Source: Acetivibrionales bacterium
GTDB taxonomy: Bacteria; Bacillota; Clostridia; Acetivibrionales; JBMNNH01
Reading direction: 5' to 3'
DNA length: 64,000 nucleotides
Assembly (NCBI GenBank): GCA_050953835.1
Contig: JBMNNH010000022.1
Location: 25,502 to 89,501 of the forward strand
Shown: positions 20,656 through 30,644 of the stretch, piece by piece
How positions within the stretch are numbered: position 1 is the stretch's first letter
Layout of the letters: every line of letters begins with the position of its first letter
Notes under the pieces: generated by a model
What the model saw: only the letters and a program-made list of their open reading frames with translations
What the model was told of the DNA's origin: nothing
Database searches by the model: none
Program-made: the position numbers and the translations under genes

Positions 20656-21717
20656 TTGGATCTATATATAAAACGCAGGAAAACAAGAAAAGTCAGAGTT
20701 GGCGATATATATATAGGCGGAAACTCTCCTGTAACAGTACAGTCCATGACGAATACCGATACTCGGAATGTTGATAGTACTATTGAGCAGATTAGAAGGC
20801 TGGAGGAAGCAGGATGCCAGATAGTCCGCCTGGCTGTTCCGGACAATGAGGCTGCCCAGGCATTAAAAAGGATTAAAAACTCTGTTAATATACCGCTGGT
20901 AGCGGATATACATTTTGATTACAGACTTGCTTTAGCCAGCATGGAAAACGGTGCTGACAAAATCAGGATAAACCCGGGAAACATAGGTACAAAAGACAGG
21001 ATTAAAGCAGTTGTTGACATGGCAAAAGAGAGGGGTATACCAATCCGGATTGGTGTAAACTCAGGCTCTGTTGAAAAACGAATTATTCAGAAGTATAACG
21101 GAGTCACACCTGAAGGTATGGTGGAAAGCGCTTTAGAAAACGCCGCATTACTGAAGGAGTTTAATTTTGAAGATATAGTAATTTCCATTAAAGCCTCCAG
21201 TGTCCCAATGACAATAGCAGCATACAGGCTTATTTCTAGTGTTTCAGAGTACCCCCTTCACATTGGTGTGACCGAAGCAGGAACAGTATACAGGGGAATA
21301 ATAAAGTCGTCTATTGGCCTTGGATGCCTTTTGGCAGAAGGAATAGGAGACACTTTAAGAGTTTCGCTTACGGGCGACCCTGCAGAAGAGGTCAGGGCTG
21401 GACATGAAATTCTAAGGGCTCTCAGCCTGGAAAAAGAGGGCATTGACATGGTTTCGTGCCCGACCTGCGGAAGGTGCCAGATAGATCTGATAGCTATTGC
21501 GAACCAAATAGAGCAAAGGCTCAAGCCGGTGAAAAAGAACATTAAAATTGCCATTATGGGATGTGCGGTCAATGGCCCCGGAGAGGCTAAAGATGCTGAC
21601 ATAGGAATAGCAGGCGGTAAAGGGGAAGCTCTTCTTTTCAAGAAGGGGAAAATCATCCGCAAGATTCCTCAGGATAAAATCCTAGAGGAATTCATGCGGG
21701 AAATCGAAAATTTTTAA
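20656..21717 (+). CDS. ispG: 4-hydroxy-3-methylbut-2-en-1-yl diphosphate synthase (flavodoxin)
   Basis: GGNSPVTVQSMTNT, CPTCGRC and GCAVNGPGE motifs. The start is either TTG 20656 (after GGGGGA) or the track's TTG 20638, which overlaps rseP. Confidence 0.92.
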   Translation: MDLYIKRRKTRKVRVGDIYIGGNSPVTVQSMTNTDTRNVDSTIEQIRRLEEAGCQIVRLAVPDNEAAQALKRIKNSVNIPLVADIHFDYRLALASMENGADKIRINPGNIGTKDRIKAVVDMAKERGIPIRIGVNSGSVEKRIIQKYNGVTPEGMVESALENAALLKEFNFEDIVISIKASSVPMTIAAYRLISSVSEYPLHIGVTEAGTVYRGIIKSSIGLGCLLAEGIGDTLRVSLTGDPAEEVRAGHEILRALSLEKEGIDMVSCPTCGRCQIDLIAIANQIEQRLKPVKKNIKIAIMGCAVNGPGEAKDADIGIAGGKGEALLFKKGKIIRKIPQDKILEEFMREIENF

Positions 21718-21720
21718 TGT

Positions 21721-21810
21721 TTAGTCCATCTTTTTTACTATCTTTGCCCAGGTATCACGAAGGGATACTGTACGGTTGAATACGAGTTTTTCTTCTGTTG
21801 AGTCTTTAAA
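21721..21810 (-). other. glnS: out-of-frame remainder of glnS encoding the conserved GlnRS C-terminus
   Basis: Reading the minus strand from 21810 gives [29 protein letters not shown]. This matches the canonical GlnRS end (E. coli ...VFNRTVGLRDTWAKVGE). Confidence 0.8.
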
Positions 21811-23410
21811 TGTCCACGCAGAAATATCCTTGTCTTAAAAACTGGTATTTACTACCTGGTTTTGTACCTTTAATGCTTGGCTCTACCTTACAGTTTGTCA
21901 GTATTTGCAGGGAATCAGGATTAATCAGGTCCTGTAATTCTCCTTCAATTTCGCCCGGGTTTTCATACTTAAAAAGGTTGTCATAGATACGTACTTCGGC
22001 ATCAATGGCATGTGCAGCAGAAACCCAATGCAGTGTCCCCTTTACTTTCCTTCCGTCAGGGGATTCACCACCTCTTGATTCAGGGTCATAAGTACAATGA
22101 AGCTCAATAATCTCTCCGGTTTTTTCGTCTTTTACAACACTATTGCATTTAATAAAATATGCGCCTTTGAGTCTTACTTCACAGCCGGGGGCCAGGCGGA
22201 AAAACTTTTTGGGCGGGTTTTCCATAAAGTCATCCTGTTCAATGTATATCACACGTGAGAATGGAACCTTTCGGGAACCCATTTCCGGTTTTTCAGGATT
22301 TACTTCCACTTCAAACTCCTCTACCTGCCCTTCCGGATAGTTGTCTATAACAACGCGGAGAGGACGCAGTACTGCCATTACTCTTGCGGCAGATTTATTA
22401 AGGTCTTCCCTTATGCAGTGCTCTAGAAGTGCTAAATCAACTGTGCTGTTGCTTTTAGCCACGCCTATCTTTTCAGAAAAAGCCCTTATTGATGCGGGAG
22501 TATACCCACGTCTTCTAAGGCCAGATATTGTAGGCATCCTCGGATCGTCCCAACCTGATACATATCCTTCTTTTACAAGCTGGAGGAGTTTCCTTTTGCT
22601 CATAACAGTATATGTTAGATTAAGCCTGGCAAATTCTATCTGCCGTGGCGGCATGGGAAACTCAAGAACATTAAGAAACCAGTCGTATAACGGCCGGTGG
22701 TTTTCAAACTCAAGAGTACATATTGAATGGGTTATACCTTCAAAAGCGTCAGAAAGCGGATGGGCAAAGTCATACATGGGATATATGCACCAGCTGTCAC
22801 CTGTTCTATGGTGCGTTGCATGGGCAATACGGTAAATTACAGGATCACGCATATTCAAGTTCGGAGAAGCCATATCAATTTTCGCTCGTAGGACACGGGA
22901 ACCATCTTCGAATTCGCCTTTCCTCATTCGGGTAAAAAGGTCAAGATTCTCCTCGACCGAACGATCCCTGTACGGGCTTGGTTTACCGGGTTCAGTCAAG
23001 GTACCTCTGTACTCTCTCATTTGTTCCGCAGTCAAATCACATACATAAGCCTTGCCCTTTTTTATCAACTGTATTGCACATTCATAGAGTTTTTCAAAAT
23101 AATCAGAAGCATAGTAAAGCCGATCATCCCAGTTAAAGCCCAGCCATCTGACATCCGTTTTTATTGACTCAACGTATTCAGTGTCTTCTTTTGTTGGGTT
23201 TGTATCATCAAAGCGCAGGTTGCATAACCCGTTGTTATGGGCTGCAATTCCAAAATTCAGGCATATAGATTTCGCATGGCCTATATGAAGATATCCGTTT
23301 GGTTCGGGAGGAAACCTGGTATGAACTTTTTTATAATATCTATTGTTTCTATTATCTTCATCAATAAGGTCCTGTATAAAATTTGAATATAATTCTTTGC
23401 TTATTTCCAT
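21806..23410 (-). CDS. glnS: glutamine--tRNA ligase, 3' end disrupted by a frameshift
   Basis: It has the HIGHAKS (HIGH) and VMSKR motifs and a GlnRS-type anticodon-binding region. The ORF stops at ...GYFCVDI*, but the conserved C-terminus continues in another frame (next feature). Confidence 0.9.
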   Translation of the reverse strand: MEISKELYSNFIQDLIDEDNRNNRYYKKVHTRFPPEPNGYLHIGHAKSICLNFGIAAHNNGLCNLRFDDTNPTKEDTEYVESIKTDVRWLGFNWDDRLYYASDYFEKLYECAIQLIKKGKAYVCDLTAEQMREYRGTLTEPGKPSPYRDRSVEENLDLFTRMRKGEFEDGSRVLRAKIDMASPNLNMRDPVIYRIAHATHHRTGDSWCIYPMYDFAHPLSDAFEGITHSICTLEFENHRPLYDWFLNVLEFPMPPRQIEFARLNLTYTVMSKRKLLQLVKEGYVSGWDDPRMPTISGLRRRGYTPASIRAFSEKIGVAKSNSTVDLALLEHCIREDLNKSAARVMAVLRPLRVVIDNYPEGQVEEFEVEVNPEKPEMGSRKVPFSRVIYIEQDDFMENPPKKFFRLAPGCEVRLKGAYFIKCNSVVKDEKTGEIIELHCTYDPESRGGESPDGRKVKGTLHWVSAAHAIDAEVRIYDNLFKYENPGEIEGELQDLINPDSLQILTNCKVEPSIKGTKPGSKYQFLRQGYFCVDI

Positions 23411-23427
23411 TTGTCAGTCCTCCTGTA

Positions 23428-24894
23428 TTAGAAACTATTTATTACAGATAGTTTTTCAATGCCTATTTTAATTCTCCTGATTGTTTCTTCCTTGCCAAGA
23501 ATAGATGCAATTTCAATTGCTCCACCTGGTGTAACAGCTTTTCCGGAAAGTGCTGTCCGAATCGGCCAAAGCATCTGGCCGTTTTTTATTCCCATATCGC
23601 TGGCAAGTGTCAGCAACTTATCATGCAGTATGTCGTTATTCCAGTCCTGAATCTCTTCAAGCACCGGCAAAGCGGCTTTTAGGCTTTTTAATGCTATTTC
23701 CTCCGTGGTTTTCATTTTTTTATGAACGTAAAGCTCATTGCTGTAATCGGGAAGTGTATCAAAAAAGTCAATAGTATCAGGTATGGAGGTCAGCACTTCA
23801 GTTCTCGCCTGCAAGAGCTTGCTTATCTCTTTGAGATTCACATTATTATTTTTTATTATATCCTTAAAATAAGGTTTTGCAATTTCATGGAATTCATCTG
23901 TGGACATTTTCCTGATATGTTCGCCATTCATCCATTTTAGCTTTTCCATATCGAATATTGCAGGAGATTTACTTATGCCTTCGACATTGAATATCTCCTC
24001 AAGCTCTTTAAGTGAAAAAATTTCTCTTGTTCCACCAGGGCTCCAGCCGAGTAATGCAACGTAGTTAACAATGGCTTCCACCAGGTATCCCATTGATATC
24101 AAATCCTCAAAAGACGGATCTCCTGCCCTTTTACTCAGTTTTTGGCCTGAAGGTTTAAGAATAAGTGGTACATGGATGTATATGGGAATTTCCCATCCGA
24201 AAGCTTCATAAAGCAGATTGTATTTTGGAGCGGATGAGAGGTATTCATTTCCCCTTACGACATGGGTTATTCTCATCAGGTGGTCATCAATTACGTTTGC
24301 AAAATTATATGTAGGAAGGCCATCCGATTTTAGTAGAATTTGATCATCAAGCTCTTTATTTTCTACGGTAATTGTTCCATATACAACGTCGTGAAAGCTC
24401 GTAGCGCCTTCAGACGGCATTTTTTGTCTGATAACATAGGGTTCATTATTAGAAAGCTTTCTTCTGATTTCTTCTTCATCCAGGTTAAGGCAGTATCTAT
24501 CATACTTATTTGTTGTATTTTCTCTTTCATGTTTTTCCTTTAGTTCAGCCAGCCTCTCCTTAGTGCAAAAACAGTAGTATGCTTTACCCATTTTTACAAG
24601 CTTTTCTGCGTACTGCCTGTAGATATCCTTTCTTTCGCTCTGAATATATGGACCATATTCTCCCCCGGTAACAGGGCCTTCATCGATTTTTATGCCTGCC
24701 ATTTCTAGTGTTTTATATATAATTTCAACAGCGCCTTCAACATACCGTTTTTGGTCTGTATCTTCAATCCTCAGGATAAATTTCCCATTATTTGCCTTTG
24801 CTATCAGGTATTCATACAGTGCAGTCCGAAGATTCCCGATATGCATATAACCTGTGGGGCTTGGCGCAAACCTTGTTCTTACTTTTGTTGGCAT
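23428..24894 (-). CDS. gltX: glutamate--tRNA ligase
   Basis: [19 protein letters not shown] (HIGH-type) and KLSKR motifs; 488 aa. Confidence 0.95.
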   Translation of the reverse strand: MPTKVRTRFAPSPTGYMHIGNLRTALYEYLIAKANNGKFILRIEDTDQKRYVEGAVEIIYKTLEMAGIKIDEGPVTGGEYGPYIQSERKDIYRQYAEKLVKMGKAYYCFCTKERLAELKEKHERENTTNKYDRYCLNLDEEEIRRKLSNNEPYVIRQKMPSEGATSFHDVVYGTITVENKELDDQILLKSDGLPTYNFANVIDDHLMRITHVVRGNEYLSSAPKYNLLYEAFGWEIPIYIHVPLILKPSGQKLSKRAGDPSFEDLISMGYLVEAIVNYVALLGWSPGGTREIFSLKELEEIFNVEGISKSPAIFDMEKLKWMNGEHIRKMSTDEFHEIAKPYFKDIIKNNNVNLKEISKLLQARTEVLTSIPDTIDFFDTLPDYSNELYVHKKMKTTEEIALKSLKAALPVLEEIQDWNNDILHDKLLTLASDMGIKNGQMLWPIRTALSGKAVTPGGAIEIASILGKEETIRRIKIGIEKLSVINSF

Positions 24895-25186
24895 ATTCCT
24901 TGTTCTCCCTTATTTTGCATACAAATTTTATTTTGATTATATTATTATTAGGTATATTCGTCAAGGTAAGAGCCTCAGGTTATTGCAGTACTTTGATGAT
25001 AATAATATAATTTTCAGGGATAGTAAAAAGTAATTATGAATATATTAATAATAGTAAACTATTATTGTATAATTATTATATAACCTAATACTAATATGCG
25101 CAATTGGAAAAACAATGCCTTATTGTTTTTCATTACTGTTTAACAAACAGTATTTAATAATTTAAAATGAGATTGGAGGTTTAACT

Positions 25187-25621
25187 ATGTCTATTCTTGA
25201 TAACATAGGGAAGAAGGTTACTGAAACAGCCAAGACTGCTGCAAAAAGATCCGGTGACATTGTTGAAGTTACAAGACTTAACATGAACATTGCTGCTGAA
25301 GAAGATAAAATCAAAAGGGTGTATAATGATATCGGAAAGGCTGTATACAAGGATTATTTATTAGGGAAAGAGGTATGCGAATCTGCAAGAGAATTCTGTG
25401 AAAAGATTAATGGTATGGAAAAAAGCATTGAACAAATGAAAGAAAAAATACTAGAGTTGAGAAATATTAAAGTATGCCCTGAATGTGGGATGGAGCTTCA
25501 GATAGAAATGGCTTTTTGCCACAGGTGCGGAGTGAAGCAGGAAGTTGAAGATCAGGAAAACAAGCCTGAAGAGGAAAATGCAGATGAAGAGAAAACAGTA
25601 TCTGAAGAAGATATAGTCTAG
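25187..25621 (+). CDS. zinc-ribbon domain protein with coiled-coil N-terminus and acidic tail
   Basis: CPECG...CHRCG zinc ribbon, with GGAGG 7 nt upstream of the ATG. Confidence 0.6.
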   Translation: MSILDNIGKKVTETAKTAAKRSGDIVEVTRLNMNIAAEEDKIKRVYNDIGKAVYKDYLLGKEVCESAREFCEKINGMEKSIEQMKEKILELRNIKVCPECGMELQIEMAFCHRCGVKQEVEDQENKPEEENADEEKTVSEEDIV

Positions 25622-25779
25622 ACTTGGATTCACAACACAAACAATAGGGTGGCTCATTATGCCGCCTTTTTGTTTTGTAAAATACTCCAAAAAAACTAAA
25701 ATTAATACATACATGCTTTGTCATGTTATTGTATAATGAGTATTAGGAATACTACATACGTACTATATGGAGGGAGTAT

Positions 25780-26838
25780 ATGCGCTATAAACAGGTAATA
25801 GAATCAATTCCGAGTTTGGAACAGGAATTAATGATTAAAGCACAAAAGAGGCTGGACAGCCTTTCAAAGCCATTGGGTAGCATGGGAAGGCTGGAAAGCA
25901 TGGTAAAACAAATTGTTGGAATAACCAAGGAAATGTTCCCGAAAGTAAACAAAAAAGAAGTTGTGATAATGTGTGCGGATAACGGTGTAGTTGAAGAAGG
26001 TATCAGCCAGTCAACCAAGGAAATTACTTCTATTGTTACTCAGAATTTTATGAAAGGAATTACCGGTATAAACGTTTTTTCAAAGCATACCGGAGCGGAG
26101 ATATTGGTAGTAGACATAGGTGTTGATGATGATATTGATTGCCCAGGTATATTGGACAGGAAAATAAGGAAGGGGACATGGAATATTGCCAGGGGCCCTG
26201 CTATGACCAGGCAGGAGGCTGTTAGGGCAATAGAAGTGGGCATAGATATAGTCGAAAGCTTAAAGAAGAAAGGTGTCAATCTTATAGGAACAGGGGAAAT
26301 GGGTATTGGAAATACTACTACAAGCAGCGCAATAGCAGCATTTTTAACAGGTTGCAGAGTGGAGGATATGGTTGGCAGGGGAGCGGGTTTGTCAAGGAGT
26401 GCTTTCAATAGGAAAATTGAAGTTGTCAAAAGAGCCATAGATGTTAATAAACCTGATGCAGATGACCCTATTGACGTACTGGCAAAATTGGGCGGATTTG
26501 ACATTGCAGGCCTTGTAGGGTGTTATATTGGAGCTGGTGCATATAGAATTCCCATACTGATTGACGGGTTTATTTCTTTGACTGCTGCGCTTGTAGCCAT
26601 AAAACTAAACCCAAAGCTGAAAGACTATATTCTGCCTTCACATGGGTCTGCTGAACCAGGGACTAAAAAGGTTATGGATTTTCTGGGATATGAACCTTAT
26701 TTAAACCTTGGGATGCGCGTCGGCGAGGGAACCGGTGCTGCACTGGCTTTTCATATAGTTGATGCAGCTATTGCAGCATATACGCATATGGGCACTTTTG
26801 GAGATGCGGAAATTGAGCCATATGTACCATTGGAGTGA
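25780..26838 (+). CDS. cobT: nicotinate-nucleotide--dimethylbenzimidazole phosphoribosyltransferase
   Basis: 352 aa with LTKP-type N-terminus (LDSLSKPLGSMGRLE), GEMGIGNTTTSSA, and the C-terminal GEGTGAALA motif. Confidence 0.92.
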   Translation: MRYKQVIESIPSLEQELMIKAQKRLDSLSKPLGSMGRLESMVKQIVGITKEMFPKVNKKEVVIMCADNGVVEEGISQSTKEITSIVTQNFMKGITGINVFSKHTGAEILVVDIGVDDDIDCPGILDRKIRKGTWNIARGPAMTRQEAVRAIEVGIDIVESLKKKGVNLIGTGEMGIGNTTTSSAIAAFLTGCRVEDMVGRGAGLSRSAFNRKIEVVKRAIDVNKPDADDPIDVLAKLGGFDIAGLVGCYIGAGAYRIPILIDGFISLTAALVAIKLNPKLKDYILPSHGSAEPGTKKVMDFLGYEPYLNLGMRVGEGTGAALAFHIVDAAIAAYTHMGTFGDAEIEPYVPLE

Positions 26839-26888
26839 TTATAGCTTTTGATTAATTAGAATAAAAATATAATAACAAGGAGGCAGCA

Positions 26889-28718
26889 ATGGAATATAGC
26901 GTTAGGATACATGGTAAGGGAGAGGTCATCGAAAAAAAGGTTGAAGCGGGAACGAACCTTTTGAAATTCCTTCAATCTAATTCTGTAATTCTCAGTACGC
27001 CATGTGGGGGAAAAGGGACATGCGGGAAGTGCAGAGTAAAGGTTGATGGATTAAAGGAAGAGGCAATAGGAAAGGAAGCAAAACTGCTGGGAGAAAATGC
27101 GGTAAAAAAAGGGTACAGGCTGGCTTGTTACAACAATATTAATTCTGAAGTTGATATATTCCTGGATGAGGCAACGGAAGAAGCCAATATCGTGACAGCG
27201 GGAAAAGGGCGTTCAGTAGTTCTGAACCCTATTGTTAAAAAGGAATATGTTGAAATGGCTGTTCCTGGAATTCAGGATCAGCTTTCGGACCTGGAAAGGG
27301 TAATGGCAGTTGCCGGGAAAAACGAAGATATAAATTCAATAGGTTTAATCAGAAAACTTCCGGATATAATTCGAAAGCATGATTTTAAAGTTACGCTGGT
27401 TTCAATGCTGAATAAACTGATTTCTGTTGAATCTGGGAATACTACAGATAAGCTTTATGGAATTGCGGTAGATATTGGTACAACCACTCTGGCTGCTTAT
27501 TTGTATAATCTTGTAACAGGGCAGAAATTAGGCGTGTATTCACTTCTTAACCCACAAAGGAAATTCGGAGCGGATGTTCTTTCAAGAATAGAGTATACTC
27601 TGGAATCTGGTGCCTCTCTGAATGAAATGAATAAAGTAATTGTTGACTCAATAAATAATGAAATTATCAGCCACTTTGTTTCCAGTTATGGAGTTGAAGC
27701 AGATGATATATATGCGTGCGTTTTTGTTGGCAATACTACCATGATGCACTTTCTGATGAATATTACTGCAAAAAATATCGCGATATCGCCGTTTATTACT
27801 GTTACTACAAGATTGCACTGCTTTGAAGCGGATGATATTGGCATAGGGATTAATCCCCATGGAAGAGTGATTATGGTTCCTTCAGTTTCAGGATATATTG
27901 GTGCGGATACTGTTGCTGCTGTGCTGTCAAGTGGCATGTATACCGATAAAAGAATTTCTTTGTTGATAGATATAGGAACAAACGGAGAAATTGTTCTGGG
28001 AAACAATGAGCGCTTGTTTTCATGTTCAACTGCTGCAGGTCCTGCTTTTGAAGGGGCTAATATTAGAAATGGTGTCGGCGGGATAAAAGGGGCAATTGAC
28101 AAGGTATACTTGAACAATGGAGTAGAGTTTACGACAATAGGCAACCAAAAGGCTGTTGGTATATGCGGGTCAGGAATAGTTGATGCAATCGCACAAATGT
28201 TAACTGCTGGTGTTATAGATGAAACAGGCAGAATTGTCGATGAGGATGAAGCAGATGGTTTGCCTGAGGATTTAAAGAGCCGCATAATAAATATTGAGAA
28301 TATGAAGGCATTCTTACTGCTGAAAGCTGAGGAAAGTGCAATTGATACGGATATAGCAATTACGCAGAAGGATATCAGAGAGCTGCAGAACGCAAAAGCA
28401 GCTATTGCGGCAGGTATTAAAACTCTTATTAAGAAGGCGGGAATTGGTATTGATGATATATTCAAAGTATACCTTGCGGGAGGTTTTGGCAGCCATATAA
28501 ATATCAGCAATGCAGTTAAAATAGGGTTAATACCTTCCAGACTCGAAGAAAAGGTTGAATCGATTGGAAATGCGGCAGGGCAGGGAGCGGTTGAGGGATT
28601 GCTGTCTGTTGAGGCGCTTCAGGATACCAGTATGATTAAAGAAAGGATAAAATATATTGAGCTTTCCGCTTCGGCTGATTTCGTTGACGAATATGTATCA
28701 AGCATGATTTTTGAATAA
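26889..28718 (+). CDS. RACo-like corrinoid reductive activase (2Fe-2S ferredoxin + ASKHA ATPase, DUF4445-type)
   Basis: N-terminal CGGKGTCGKCRV ferredoxin, ASKHA phosphate loops (AVDIGTTTL, DIGTNGE), and 609 aa total, which is the typical architecture. Confidence 0.8.
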   Translation: MEYSVRIHGKGEVIEKKVEAGTNLLKFLQSNSVILSTPCGGKGTCGKCRVKVDGLKEEAIGKEAKLLGENAVKKGYRLACYNNINSEVDIFLDEATEEANIVTAGKGRSVVLNPIVKKEYVEMAVPGIQDQLSDLERVMAVAGKNEDINSIGLIRKLPDIIRKHDFKVTLVSMLNKLISVESGNTTDKLYGIAVDIGTTTLAAYLYNLVTGQKLGVYSLLNPQRKFGADVLSRIEYTLESGASLNEMNKVIVDSINNEIISHFVSSYGVEADDIYACVFVGNTTMMHFLMNITAKNIAISPFITVTTRLHCFEADDIGIGINPHGRVIMVPSVSGYIGADTVAAVLSSGMYTDKRISLLIDIGTNGEIVLGNNERLFSCSTAAGPAFEGANIRNGVGGIKGAIDKVYLNNGVEFTTIGNQKAVGICGSGIVDAIAQMLTAGVIDETGRIVDEDEADGLPEDLKSRIINIENMKAFLLLKAEESAIDTDIAITQKDIRELQNAKAAIAAGIKTLIKKAGIGIDDIFKVYLAGGFGSHINISNAVKIGLIPSRLEEKVESIGNAAGQGAVEGLLSVEALQDTSMIKERIKYIELSASADFVDEYVSSMIFE

Positions 28719-28792
28719 AAAGAGGATTTTTTGTTTCAGTATAGAATAAAATAACTGACAACAGTATTAGTGCTGATACAGGAGGTTATTGC

Positions 28793-29320
28793 TTGGACAT
28801 AAAAGATGAAATGAATAAAAAGTGCAGTTTCTGTAATGAAACTATTTCCAGTAGTACCTGGCGATGCCCTTATTGCGGCAGTTTGCTCAAGGATAGTGAT
28901 GCAGGCCTGGATGATAACCCTGAAAACAGTAATGTAGACTTTGCTGGCGATGGTGATAAAAGTGAAGATCTTAAAGAAGATGCTGTTACTGTTATTAATG
29001 ACAATCAGCCAGAAAAACCTGATGAACAGTTTGGCAAGATTGAAAGTAATATTGTAAACACAGCTGTCAGACAGAAAGAGCAGGTTCCCAATCCTTTAAG
29101 CAATGGTATAAAGGTTTTTTTGACGGTAATCTCTACTATTATTCCTGGTTTAGGACAGCTTGCAGGAATAATTATGGCAATAGTATTCATGAACAGCGGG
29201 GATGACCCGGATAGAAAATCATTTGGCGTGGCCCTATTGATTTCATCCTTGATTTTCTTTATCCTGTCATGCCTGGGTTGCTTTATTGCTCTGATAGCCG
29301 CTTCGGCTATGCAGGTTTAA
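28793..29320 (+). CDS. zinc-ribbon membrane protein
   Basis: CSFC...CPYCG ribbon, an acidic linker and two C-terminal TM helices. AGGAGG lies 8 nt upstream of the TTG start. Confidence 0.6.
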   Translation: MDIKDEMNKKCSFCNETISSSTWRCPYCGSLLKDSDAGLDDNPENSNVDFAGDGDKSEDLKEDAVTVINDNQPEKPDEQFGKIESNIVNTAVRQKEQVPNPLSNGIKVFLTVISTIIPGLGQLAGIIMAIVFMNSGDDPDRKSFGVALLISSLIFFILSCLGCFIALIAASAMQV

Positions 29321-29325
29321 TTGTG

Positions 29326-30003
29326 ATGGATACTCTGATAGACATTTTTATGAAGATTGGTTCAATGATGTGCCATCAATTGCCTGAAAGGACACTATAC
29401 GTATCAAATATGCCACTGCCCATGTGTGCAAGAGATACCGGCATATATTTTGGAGTGTTTTCTGCTTTTGCATATACTTTTTTTAATAAGAGGTTGAGGG
29501 CAAATAAACCTCCTTCCCTTAAACAGGCGGTTCTTCTTTGCCTGTTTATGTTGCCAATGGTTTTGGATGCAATAAGTTCATACCTTGGGTTAAGAAGTAC
29601 AAACAATACTATAAGGTTGTTTACAGGAGCACTTTTTGGGGTATCAATACCGTTTTTATTAGTTCCTGCAGCAAACTTTAAAGTATATAACAGTAATACG
29701 GAAGATATAATAAAGGACTGGAAAGAACCGTTTTGTGCTTTGCTTATTGCAATTGCACTTTGTGTGGCAGTATTAAAGACAGGTTTAATTCCCTGGATAG
29801 TTGTAAGCAGTATTCTGGTTTTTTCGCTTACTCTTTTAATATCCAGAATGGTTTATACAGTTTTTATACGTACAGGATTTTCAAGTAAAGCTTATTTTAA
29901 TGGCATGGTGGTAGGTGCATCTGCTATTATAATATTATTATTGTTTATGTTATCCAATTATATTTTGCACCCACTTATTGATGTATGGATTGAAAAGGGA
30001 TAG
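29326..30003 (+). CDS. DUF2085 family membrane protein
   Basis: MCHQLPERTL motif at the N-terminus plus multiple TM helices. ATG 29326 lies just after the upstream stop, so the track's start at 29269 is an overlap artefact. Confidence 0.7.
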   Translation: MDTLIDIFMKIGSMMCHQLPERTLYVSNMPLPMCARDTGIYFGVFSAFAYTFFNKRLRANKPPSLKQAVLLCLFMLPMVLDAISSYLGLRSTNNTIRLFTGALFGVSIPFLLVPAANFKVYNSNTEDIIKDWKEPFCALLIAIALCVAVLKTGLIPWIVVSSILVFSLTLLISRMVYTVFIRTGFSSKAYFNGMVVGASAIIILLLFMLSNYILHPLIDVWIEKG

Positions 30004-30029
30004 AATTTTAGTTATATATAAAGGAAGAT

Positions 30030-30644
30030 ATGGTGGTTGATTTGAAGGATATGAAAGGTGAAATAAGAAAAAGAATTCTAGGTTTGAGAAATGCAATGAC
30101 GGAAGCCGAGGTTGAAGAAAAAAGCAGGGAAGTACTTAAAGCTGTTTTGGGGATTGACAGCTTTGATGTTTTTGGCACTGTCATGTGTTATATGGATTTT
30201 AACAATGAAGTAAAGACAGGAGAAATAATAAACCTTTTCCTCTCAAAGGGGAAAAGGGTAGCAATACCTGCAGTCGAAAAATATGGAAAAACAGCGAAAA
30301 GCAGAATAGTAGCCTACCAGATTAACAGTCTTGAAGAAGAAATGCAAAAAGGAGCTTATGGGATTTTGGAGCCTGTTAAGGATATTTCGAGGGTAGTTGA
30401 TCCTAAAGAATTCGAACTAGTACTTGTCCCGGGTGTGGCATTCGATAGAAATGGCAATAGAATTGGATTTGGAGCGGGTTATTATGATAAGTTCCTCTGC
30501 AAGACTAGAAAGGACTGCGTGAAAGCCGGGCTTGCTTATGAATACCAAGTTTTGGATAGTATTCCGGCAGAAAAACATGATATCCTTATGGATTATATAA
30601 TAACAGAGAAAGGTATAGTGAAAGGAAAAGGCGATGAGAAATAG
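30030..30644 (+). CDS. 5-formyltetrahydrofolate cyclo-ligase
   Basis: IRKRIL..R N-terminus and VPGVAFDRNGNRIGFGAGYYD motif. Confidence 0.88.
   Translation: MVVDLKDMKGEIRKRILGLRNAMTEAEVEEKSREVLKAVLGIDSFDVFGTVMCYMDFNNEVKTGEIINLFLSKGKRVAIPAVEKYGKTAKSRIVAYQINSLEEEMQKGAYGILEPVKDISRVVDPKEFELVLVPGVAFDRNGNRIGFGAGYYDKFLCKTRKDCVKAGLAYEYQVLDSIPAEKHDILMDYIITEKGIVKGKGDEK

Noticed and set aside
25107-25152. Two adjacent AT-rich hairpins or palindromes in the gltX / zinc-ribbon divergent region: GAAAAACAAT/ATTGTTTTTC and TACTGTTT/AAACAGTA.
   Set aside because: Such short A/T-only inverted repeats are expected by chance in a spacer this AT-rich, and there is no gene context for a terminator here. I kept this only as a note.
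24895-25186. I searched the gltX-glnS upstream region for a T-box leader on the minus strand.
   Set aside because: I found no T-box consensus (the AGAGA / GGUGGUACCGCG-type box), specifier hairpin or terminator/antiterminator pair. The region is just AT-rich promoter DNA.
25622-25779. Possible cobalamin riboswitch upstream of cobT.
   Set aside because: The spacer is only ~158 nt and lacks the B12-box (rAGYCMGgAgaCCkGCc-like) and other conserved cobalamin-riboswitch elements.
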